From Rhynchopus sp. YZ270_cl-10 (taxonomy: Eukaryota), in contig OZ037837.1 of NCBI GenBank assembly GCA_964035575.1, positions 1,178,001 through 1,242,000 of the forward strand: a stretch of DNA of 64,000 nt, in the 5' to 3' direction. A model generated the notes under the pieces. It was not told the DNA's origin and made no database searches. It was given only the letters and a program-made list of their open reading frames with translations. Of this stretch, positions 47,068 through 56,608 are shown piece after piece (position 1 is the first letter of the stretch; the number at the start of each line of letters is the position of its first letter). A program made the position numbers and the translations under genes.

Positions 47068-49029
47068 ATGGGACGGCTCATCTTCACCTTCACCGCGCTC
47101 CTAGCCGTAGGTGTGTCGCATGCAGAACGGCTCTACTTCCTCACGGAGAAGGGCCTCTCCTCCGTTCTGACCTCAGGTGACGAGCGGGAGGACTACAACG
47201 AATGGTCTGGGGCGAGCGCACACTGTTCACACGACGCACGCGGGCTGGGCATCGATGAGATTGAGGGCTGGGCGAGCGTCACCTGCGGGAACGAATTCTT
47301 CAAGGCAAACTTTGCGGAGGACCCGAACGCGCCGTTTGAGCTGATCGACTTTGGCCCGCAGGTGAAGGACTCGCAGGGCTTCTACGGGACGGCGATCAAC
47401 ACCGACACACACACTGCGTACGTCGCGTCCTACGAAAGCTCCTCCACCTTCAACGGCTGGAAGGTGCGCGGCAACTACCTCCGCGGCTGCACCACCGTCA
47501 CGAGCGAGACCTACTGCGTGGAGAAGGGCCCATGCTACTGGATCAACGACAAATGCCTCGTCAAGGACAAATACACATACAAATCCCTCAAGACCGCTGC
47601 CGGCCCTGTCGGTGGCGGCCTCTACGCAGACGAGGACAACGTTGTCTGGCTCTCCTACAACCTCCCGACAGGCACCGGCACGGAAGGCGGAGGCTACGTC
47701 GGGGCCAAGAAGGACTCCAAGGAGGTATACTACCCTCACGTCCACGACACATTCCCGGAGGGAAACTACGGGAATCAGGACATTGGGTACCCGCAGATGA
47801 TCAACGACGCGCTGTACGTCTGCTCGCAGACAGAGGACTCCACCGATCTCTATAAATTCGACGCCACGCACGACCCAGAGTTGGTCATTCCCGATCTTCC
47901 TAAGTTCCGTGGGACCTACATCGGTGCGGATCGGCCGATTAGACAGCCGTCCTTCGCAGTGATTGATGCCGATCGCATTTTGCAGGTCAACAGCGCAGGC
48001 ATCGATGAGTACAGTCTGTCGACACACCTTTTCCAGACGGTCATATCCGAACGCAACATCGGCCCGCTTTTCTACCGTCTGCTCCCAAAGAAGAAGACTT
48101 TGGTGCCTGGGGACACACCATCACCCACAGAGGCACCGCCAACACCAGCACCACCCACCACCGCTGCGCCCACCAGAAAGCCGGGCACCATTTTCTTCGA
48201 CACCGCCGTACCAACGGACGCACCGCCGACTAATCTTCCGGCAGGCAAGACCCTCGCGCCCCCTGTTTTCCCTGGTATCCCTCTCCCTCCTGGTGAAACA
48301 TTAGCGCCTGGGGCTACTTTGGTTCCAGGTACAGCTCAACCTGGTGCAGCCGCGGGGGGAGTGACAACAGACCCGGTACAGGGCACAGAGGAGGAGGAGA
48401 AGAAGGATGATGGGGTAGGCATCGAGGTAGTGTTGATCATTGTCGGGGCAGCGTTGTTGTGTATGTCGTTGGGGCTGTTGGCAGGGTTTGTGTTGTGCAA
48501 GAAGAAGCCGCCTCCGCAGACACCTGCCCCTTTGGTGGAAGCTGTCGCCCCAGCTCCGGTTTTATATGAGGCGAAGGAGGCGGGGTTGCCGGAGTCTCCT
48601 ACTAGCGTGCCGCCGAGTCCGCATTGGTTGCCTCTGTCGGATAGAAATTTTTCGGATTGTCCGTCGTTGATTCAGACGTGTGAGTTGTCTGTGATCGCGC
48701 AGATGAGAAGCCCTGCAGGAGATGTGAGGCATCAAAGCGAAAGTTTTGCGGAGATTACGTCTGCAGGGGCAGGGAGAGGAAGTCTGCAGTCGAGCAGCAT
48801 GCAGTCTGGGAGTTACGCACCGCCGCGTCGGAGATCTGCGACACATGCCCAGCACTTTGGAGAGCTTAGTCCTACCACCTCGCACCACAGTGTGCCGCTA
48901 GTGCCAAGGGCAAACTCACCCCCCTCCCTCTTCACCCCAAAAGAACGCTTCAATTCCGTCCACGACAAAGCAAAGCACCATACACACCACAACAGACACA
49001 CCATTTCCACGGCGACCTTGAGTGTATAG
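47068..49029 (+). CDS. Type I single-pass membrane protein (~653 aa)
   Basis: Signal peptide MGRLIFTFTALLAVGVSHA; beta-rich ectodomain; Pro/Thr stalk; TM VVLIIVGAALLCMSLGLLAGFVLC followed by KKK; Ser/Pro-rich cytoplasmic tail. Confidence 0.85.
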   Translation: MGRLIFTFTALLAVGVSHAERLYFLTEKGLSSVLTSGDEREDYNEWSGASAHCSHDARGLGIDEIEGWASVTCGNEFFKANFAEDPNAPFELIDFGPQVKDSQGFYGTAINTDTHTAYVASYESSSTFNGWKVRGNYLRGCTTVTSETYCVEKGPCYWINDKCLVKDKYTYKSLKTAAGPVGGGLYADEDNVVWLSYNLPTGTGTEGGGYVGAKKDSKEVYYPHVHDTFPEGNYGNQDIGYPQMINDALYVCSQTEDSTDLYKFDATHDPELVIPDLPKFRGTYIGADRPIRQPSFAVIDADRILQVNSAGIDEYSLSTHLFQTVISERNIGPLFYRLLPKKKTLVPGDTPSPTEAPPTPAPPTTAAPTRKPGTIFFDTAVPTDAPPTNLPAGKTLAPPVFPGIPLPPGETLAPGATLVPGTAQPGAAAGGVTTDPVQGTEEEEKKDDGVGIEVVLIIVGAALLCMSLGLLAGFVLCKKKPPPQTPAPLVEAVAPAPVLYEAKEAGLPESPTSVPPSPHWLPLSDRNFSDCPSLIQTCELSVIAQMRSPAGDVRHQSESFAEITSAGAGRGSLQSSSMQSGSYAPPRRRSATHAQHFGELSPTTSHHSVPLVPRANSPPSLFTPKERFNSVHDKAKHHTHHNRHTISTATLSV

Positions 49030-49433
49030 GGGGTTTTAAAAAAAAAGTGTGGAGGTTGGACGCTACGTGGTTGTCAATTTTTCAATGTTTTTTTGGGTGG
49101 TTATTGGTGTGTTGGAATATGGGGGGCTAAGAAAACCGACTAAGGATTCAAAGAAAGTTTTTGGGGGCTTAACTAAAAAGGCGCCTCGGCAGCGTTAAAG
49201 TGACGAGAGTGACCAAGTAAGCGATATTTTTCTTTAAATTTGGTTGAATTGTATTATTGATGTATTGGAAAGGTGTTTGTAATTATTGTTGTTTTGTTTT
49301 GTTTTGTTTTGTTTTTGATTTTTTGATTTTTTTGTTTTTTTGATTTTTTGATTTTTTGTTTTTTATGTAGTATGGTGGAGTACAGCCTCGGGAGGGTGTC
49401 TACTCGATAGTACAACCAAGTTTTCAAGAAGAG

Positions 49434-49466
<33 letters not shown>

Positions 49467-50099
49467 AGAAAAGAACCCTTTCAACTCGTACACTAATATA
49501 CAAAAGATATCAACGTAAATAGGTCGGGGAGCTCCCCTGTTATCGTTATTGTTCAAAACTAAAAAAAAAAAGAAGCGAAAAAAAAATTTTTTTTTTGGAA
49601 CAAGATTTGCATTTCTGAAGGCGTTCAGTCGCTTCGGTCGTTCTCGAAGGTTTCAGTTTTATAACCTTTTCTCTCTTTTTTTCTTCTGAGCACTTAAAAA
49701 ATTTAACTTTTACTCCAAAAAAAACTGCGAACCTATTATCCCGTGATGATAGGCCCACCCCACCCCACCCCCCTTTACGTGGGTCAGTTGGAGGTGCCTG
49801 CATCCACAATTATTCTTTGGTTTTTTTGTGGTAATTTTTTTTTTTTTTAGGTTCGGTTCAGGGGTGTCGCTAATTCGGGTCCAGGGTCCCGACTTTTTCA
49901 AAACCAAAAAAAAAATTTGCACCCCTAGTAAAATCTGTGTAGGAAAAAAAAAAATTTGCACCTAATACAGGGTGGGTTTAATGTGTTAACAACTTGTTCT
50001 TTTTTTAAGAGAGAGGCCACCGTGAACTCGGTTGTGTCAGAACGTTCCAAAAACGAGGTTTTTGGGGGTCAGGGAAAATCCCCAGGTGCCGCCCTCACC

Positions 50100-51006
50100 C
50101 AGGGTCCTAGCTCAGTAGAACGGAAAAGGTGGCCCACCTTTTCCGTTTTTTTTTTTTTTTTTTGGGATTTTTTTACACGGTGCAAAAAACCGGTTGGCCA
50201 AGGAGGTCCTCAGTGTCGTCAGCCAGTCCCCTTTGCTGTTAAAAACAGCGACTTGGCGTGGTCAATTTTTCCGCGCGAACAGGGATTACGCTCCACGTGT
50301 GGAACGTATGGAAATCCATACGTGAATTGTTTTTGAAAAGGTGGAATCCATACGTGTCCATACGTAGGTAATTTGGGTTTTGGATTGGGGCTGGGGTGGG
50401 GTAGGTGAGGGGTGGGGCTCCGCCCCCACCTCTCACCTACCCCCTACAGAATTCTATTTGTAGGAGACAATTTTCTATTTTACCGGAAAAGGAGCATGCA
50501 GCATGGCGAAAGAAAAAAGTAGCGTACCGTGCGCCTGCGGCGCTAGATTGCAATACACCCTTCCCATGACATAATAGGCAATTTTAAGCGCAATTTTTAG
50601 AAATGTTGCGTACCGTGGCTTCGCCAGAAACTTTCGTTTTAGCAAAATATGGAAGTAAAGTTTACGGAACTGGACCATAGTTACCAACGAAAGTGCCATT
50701 TTATGTCAAGATTTTTTAAAAATGTTGCGTACCGTGGCTTCGCCAGGAACATTTGGATGCCATGGCTGATGATTTCTCCAGTTCTTCGAACTTTCACAAC
50801 CCTTCTCAACCAACTTTGCCAGGGAGAGCGCGCGCGAAGCGCGCGCGGTTTTTAATTGTTTTTGCTTAGAATTGTACGTGTTGAAAATCCATACGTACTT
50901 TTTTTATTTTGGGGGAGCTGCGTAATCCCTGCGCGCGAAGCGCAGAAAAAATTTTTTTGAGCCACCTTTTCCGTTTCTTTTTTTTTTCTTCTGAGCTAGA
51001 ACCCTG
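50100..51006. mobile_element. hAT-type element (middle), 16-bp TIR, 7-8-bp TSD CCTCACC(C)
   Basis: CCTCACC|CAGGGTCCTAGCTCAG ... CTGAGCTAGAACCCTG|CCTCACC (1 TIR mismatch). Confidence 0.8.
50280..50931. mobile_element. hAT-type element (inner), 12-bp TIR, 8-bp TSD CGCGCGAA
   Basis: CGCGCGAA|CAGGGATTACGC ... GCGTAATCCCTG|CGCGCGAA; subterminal TCCATACGT repeats. Confidence 0.9.
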
Positions 51007-52058
51007 CCTCACCCCGCGAAGATTTTTTTTTTTTGGGTGGGATTTCCAGATTTACCTTACCCTGTCTTACCCTTTTTTTTTGAAAACCGGGGTTTCCTTA
51101 GTAAAGGTACCATAGCGTGTTTTTGCGCACACATGTGACCCCAGCGTGGAGAGCAATCGGCTCGCACAATCAAAAGAACGCAGAGAAAAAGGAAAAAGCA
51201 AAAAGACAAAAGTTGGGTACCGTGCGCCTGCGGCGCTACCTACTGTTCTCAGTGGTGTCAAAAACACCACAATTTCATCTGAATTTGGGTTTTCAGACTT
51301 GAAAATGACCCATGTTTAAGAGTATGGGTTCATATTTTGCGAAAATTTAAGTCACTAAAAGTTTGTCCATTTTTCCGTATATCCCCCACCACAGCCTGGG
51401 ATTGGCTCGGAAATGCCACAAAACACTGTTTTTTCGCCCCCTGGTAATGGAAAAAAAAATCCCACGTAAAAAAAAAAATTTGCACCCCGATTTCAGATTT
51501 TTCAAAAATTTCCCCAAAATTAGCGACACCCCTGGTTCGGTTGCAGAAGTCATTTTTTTTCTTCTTGTACCTCTTGTGATCGTGGTATTTCAATTTTGCA
51601 TAGCTTCTTGCTTCAACATCTTCCGAAGACGTAAAGAATCTACGATCCATTCCACCCCTATTCTCTCTCTTCCCCTTTCCCAAAAAAGCAAAGGCAAAAC
51701 GCTCTAATCTCTTTCGCACAACAACAACAACACAACTTTCTATAAATGAAATGAAGGATACACAAAGTACGCAAGAGTCTCTCCTTTCAGCCAACCTCAT
51801 TTCAATAATTTCAAAGGTACATTTTAAAATTCGTATTCAGTAGGTATCCTCTATTTTAAAGGCCATAGTTGCTTCCACTCTCTGGGGGATGGAAGATCGG
51901 TTTATCTCTAGCCTTCAAGGTGATTTACTACAAATACAATTTTGCAGCTAAGCTATGCTCTGTAATACAAAAAAGGCTTTCAGCCAAACATCGAACATAG
52001 TAGCGTGACCCTTAGTAACCCCTACGAGGTGGGGCCGCTTCAACAAAAAAAATAAATA

Positions 52059-52248
52059 TGGGGTAAGGACATAGTGTGACTTTTGGACAGTTCAGACCCA
52101 CAAGGTTTACGATAAAGACAGTTCAGAACCACAAGGTCTGAATTGTCCAAAATGCAAACCTTGTGGTTCTGAATTGTCTTTTATCATAAACGTTGTTCTG
52201 AACTGTCCAAAAAGTCACACTTGAGGGTACCAGAATGTCCTTACCCCA
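52059..52248. mobile_element. Foldback-like MITE (almost entirely inverted repeat)
   Basis: TGGGGTAAGGACAT ... ATGTCCTTACCCCA termini; internal GACAGTTCAGA/TCTGAACTGTC repeats; no clear TSD. Confidence 0.7.
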
Positions 52249-53801
52249 ATACATAATAGCCATTTTGGGACAAGTGAGGCACAAGTGAGGCACGTGATTA
52301 TTTTGGGCAAAATAGCCGAAAAAGTGATCGTAAATATGATTCTCCACCCCGCAGGGGGTCTGGCGAGTAGTTCCGAGGGGGTTTTGACACTTCTGTGATT
52401 GTCTGAGCACTTTTTTTTGAATTTTTAAGGTGAAAAAGCACCCTAAAAAAGAGGTAAATTCGGGCATTTTGAGCGGTTCCGTCCCTCATAAATACGCCTG
52501 GGACCCACACAGGACCCCTAAAAGCCCCAAAAACCATACATTTCCACCCCGGGACCCCAGAAGATGTGGACTGAGGTGTTTTTCGGGTGTTTAGAAGGAG
52601 TTTTGTCTGATTAGAGCAATTTCTTGGCAAGTGCTAAATTTTGGCCCCCAAGCGTTACGTGAGCGTTACGCATTTTTGGGGTGTTTTTTCACAAAAAACC
52701 CATTTTTTTGAGACAAGAAATGCTCTGTTAAGGTCGTCAGGTGGTTTATTGGGATATATGGGTGATCCCCAGGGCGATTTGCGGCCAGGTACGCCCATTT
52801 TAGTGGATTTCTTCACCGAAATTTCAAAAAAATGGTTTTGGACAGCAAGTCCTTAAGGATTTCCTTCTACGTGGCTCCCCCTAACCCCCCCCGGTACAGC
52901 CGGTCATTGTACCAAGGTATACAGGTCACGAGAGGGCTTTGTATTTCAACTCTACTTTTCTTTTGTATGATGTGGATGCAATGCAAAACAAGAACGATAC
53001 ACACAGAAAGAGAAACAAGACATGCTTTGAAGAAGAAAATATATTTGAGTAGAAAAAACACACTTCTATAAAAAAAAGATTGCGCACACTGTTTCAGTGA
53101 CTAACTGAAACAGTCTAAAAGTACCTACAGAGGGAAAGTGAACGGTTGTGTTCAAGGAGCAAAGAGTGATTTGTTTTTTTTTGTTTTGACTTTTTTTTTT
53201 GTTCTTCTGGCTGCTATCTAGTGATAGTAGACTAAAAAATCAAACAAAAAATTTTTTTTTGTTCTTCTTTCCCCCCCTTCCCCCCCCTTTTTTTTTCAAG
53301 GTACGTTTTTCATCTTTTTAGTTTTATTCTTTTTTCTCCCCCCCTATTTTTGGAACTGAGGAAGGGGTGCAAACAACTCTTGGTTGACGGACCCACAAAG
53401 GACTCGCTCCAAGTACCACCCTCTCCTTGCCCATCGACTCGGTTCTTTCACCAAAATCCGTTTTTTTTTTTTTTTTTCTATTCCAAAAAAAAATTTAAAA
53501 AAAACTCCAGCAGTGCCAGGGTGAATTGCATGCACTGCACCCTTTTACTGTAGGTAATCGTTAAAAAGAATGCGTGGAGCTCACACGAAAAAAAAGCGAG
53601 GTGTCTACACGTTATCAATTATTCAAAAAAAAAAATTAAAAAGCAATTCTTCGTTCTTGAGGTGACTAAGCATGAGAGGTTTAGTAACATCGTCCCATAA
53701 CTTTCCCTCCCCCATTTTTTAAGGTGGCTAAGCACGAGAGGCTTAGGTTCATCTTATAAACTTCTTTTTGTTTTTTTTTTTAGATACAGCTGTACAGCGA
53801 T

Positions 53802-53910
53802 CCACCTGATTTTTACCCCCGCGTATAGTCGCGTAAAGGCGTGTACGGACGATCCGTATATGCCTGTACGGACCTATACGCGCCTTTGTGCGGGGTAAAA
53901 AATCAGGTGG
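53802..53910. mobile_element. 109-bp MITE with ~20-bp TIR and 5-bp direct flank GCGAT
   Basis: GCGAT|CCACCTGATTTTTACCCC ... GGGGTAAAAAATCAGGTGG|GCGAT. Confidence 0.75.
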
Positions 53911-54168
53911 GCGATGACACATCTAAAAACGCACACACAATTCCATATCGGCTGTAAGTGATTCATCTCGCCCTCTTTCGGGTGAGCACCAGGCGAGAAG
54001 GAAAAAAAGCTCCGTTTTTGGTGTGGCTGAATGAGGGATGCACAAAGTGCGCAGAAGTACACAAGAAGTGCGCAACAATCACCCCCTAAGGGGCAGCGAC
54101 TCCCTTAAGAACCTAGGGACCCCCCTTCAGCTACTCCAATTTTTTTTTTTCCTTTTTTTTTTTTTTCC

Positions 54169-54359
54169 AGTTTCCTAGGGGGGGCCTAACGGCTTCACTG
54201 GCTAGGGCTCTAGCAGGTCCCTCCGCACATAGTGTGCCTGCCTTCAGCACTCAGGGTAGCATTCCCAGCACCTTTTACCTTCAGGCAGACCTCCACAGAG
54301 TTTCAGGAGGGGTGCCATAAAAGGGCCCGGATGCAATTTATCGTCCAGCCCAGGGCGTG
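54169..54359. repeat. ~190-bp GC-rich dispersed repeat, second copy 57280-57474
   Basis: The two copies align throughout with scattered substitutions and indels. Confidence 0.85.
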
Positions 54360-56368
54360 GAAAAAAAGGGTTCATATTTTTTTTTGTTTATCAACTTCAC
54401 TTTTTGTTTAGTTGGTGCCCTACCCACGTCATACGCACTCTCTCATTCGAGGGAGTTTTTTATGGGCTAAGTTTGGCTTTTTTTTTCTGTTCTTTTTTGA
54501 TGCAAACGAACAAAAAAAAATATTTTCTACCCCCAAATCGCCCAGAAATGGATATTTTAAAAAAGGTATTTGAATCATTTCCCCACCACAAACACATTTT
54601 TTTTTTCGTCTTTTCAAAATTTTAGCAAAGATAAAAAGTCGTCGTCAATTGTTCATTTTGTGTGTATACTGTGCCGCATATTTGTTTGGGATCAGGCGGG
54701 CCGTCTTCAAAGCACCCTATCCCATTCAGTGCGTCAGGTGTGCACACAGAACCCCTGTCTCTCTTTTTTTTCTTTGCTTTTCCCCCCCTTTTTCCTTTTC
54801 TGTTTTGTTTTTGACAGGGTTGATGCATCGATGTCCATTTTTGCGTTTTTTTATTTAGTTCAGTGATACGTTTTTGGATGATTTTTTCGTTTTCTTTTTC
54901 AAAGGTAATTACAAATGCACTCCCAGACTTTGGTCTGCCTTTTAAACTTTCTGCATTTTTTTTTTCTTTTCCTTTTTGAATTTTTTTTTTCTTCAAAATA
55001 AAACAAAAATAAACAGAGGCTCCCAAGCATGGCTCATTGCCTCATTTGCACGACACACTGCGTTTTGCGGGCTTTCAGTGAAGCCCCTCCCCTCTTCCCC
55101 CCCTTCAGATACATTCTCACTCTCTCTCTGTCCCTCACCTTCTACGTTCTTTCAGAAGCAAACGACTAGTGTCTTTGTTTTTGAGGGGACAAAAAATTTC
55201 TCTTTTCAAAAGAAGGGGGTGTGGGTTGTTGAGAAATTGGGAATAGTGCTGTGGATAAATACACCTCGTACGGGAGCCTGTGTTGTGGCAAAATATGGGG
55301 GGATTTTTCCCCCCCTTTTTTTTCATTTCTTATTTGAAATTTGAAACCAGCAAGAAATTGGTTAAATAGAATCGTCGGAAGGTCATAGATGGTCGTCCGG
55401 CCGAGTCGGATGGATAAACGGGGGGAAAAAAAAGGGGTTTTTTTTCCACATTTTTATTTTATTTTGTCATATATCCTGAAGTCAGATTCTATTTTGATGT
55501 TATTTTTATTGGTTACATCTTCCCCACCAGCTGCAACGATAGTAAATATGTGTTTTTCACTGCAGAGGCGCCTTCAGTTTACAAGGTTTCTTTGTGACTA
55601 AGCACGAGAGGCTTAGGGTCATCTTATAAACTTTTCATTTTTATCAGATGACAACCTCTAAATAGATGCAAGAATCAACCCAGTGCACTGGTCAATGCAC
55701 TACAAAGTAATAGTGTCACGAGAGGGTTTTTTTTTTTGTATTTCAACCTTTAGTGCTTACTGTTTGTGTTATAAATAGTAAGTATATGAATGTAGTATTT
55801 CAAGTTAATTTGGTTGATGTGTGTATAGTCGGCCATCAGCTCCTCACACAATATGTATTTATAAGGTAGCCACCAGCTTACAAGCTTTCTTCGATCTGCG
55901 TATTGATCTTAAGAGATTTGTGTGGCTAGAAATGACCCAATACCGGGTGCTTACTACACAAGAACTACACAAAATGGACTTTCCCCTAGCCATACCGATC
56001 TTGTTGTCAATTCTATGATTGGGAGGCAGCGCTGCAGGGCAAACAAAACGGATTGGAAAAATGCAGAAGCCTGCTTGTTTTCTTTGAGTACTCAATTAAC
56101 CACAACAACCAGGCTTCAGTTTAAGCACATTTTTTTTTTTTCACCTTTTTGTTTTCCGGATTTGAGCGCACAAACAAAAGACCCGATATTTTTTTTTGTT
56201 GTACATTTTTGATAAACTAATCACGGTCAGCCGCCCCGGTGGTTTGCAGCTTCACTGTCACTCCCTCATCTCTAGGGGTTTTCCTACAGAAACTACTGGG
56301 AGGTGAGCTACCTGCTACTTGCTACCTTCACCCTTTTGGCAAAAAAAAAAAAAGCGATGCGCGTCTGT

Positions 56369-56486
56369 CGGGGAAAGAAGACCCTGTTGAGTTTGACTCT
56401 AGTCTGACTTTGTGCAGTGACATGAGAGGTGTAGTTATAGGTGGGAGGCTTCAACAATGAAATACCACTACTCTTATCGTCGCTTT
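56369..56486 (+). rRNA. Isolated 28S (LSU) rRNA fragment, ~120 nt, non-functional copy
   Basis: CGGGGAAAGAAGACCCTGTTGAGTTTGACTCTAG...GAGGTGTAG...GGTGGGAG...TGAAATACCACTAC matches the universally conserved eukaryotic LSU segment downstream of the R2 site; the flanks are not rDNA. Confidence 0.85.
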
Positions 56487-56491
56487 GGAGG

Positions 56492-56608
56492 TACCCTAAT
56501 ATTCGCCCCTGGTTGCCCCAATTCGCGCCAATTCGCGTTTTGTACTTAGCCGTTTTTTCGCGAAAAAAAACGCTAATTGGCGCGAATTGGCGCGACACGA
56601 TTAGGGTA
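56492..56608. mobile_element. Small inverted-repeat element with AATTCGCGCC motifs
   Basis: TACCCTAAT ... ATTAGGGTA termini; repeated AATTCGCGCCAATT / AATTGGCGCGAATT. Confidence 0.55.

Larger units (their letters stand above)
49859..51534. mobile_element. hAT-type non-autonomous element (outer), 17-bp TIR, 8-bp TSD GTTCGGTT
   Basis: GTTCGGTT|CAGGGGTGTCGCTAATT ... AATTAGCGACACCCCTG|GTTCGGTT. Confidence 0.9.

Noticed and set aside
56369..56486. Functional rRNA gene
   Set aside because: Only ~120 nt with non-rDNA flanks; kept as a fragment only.
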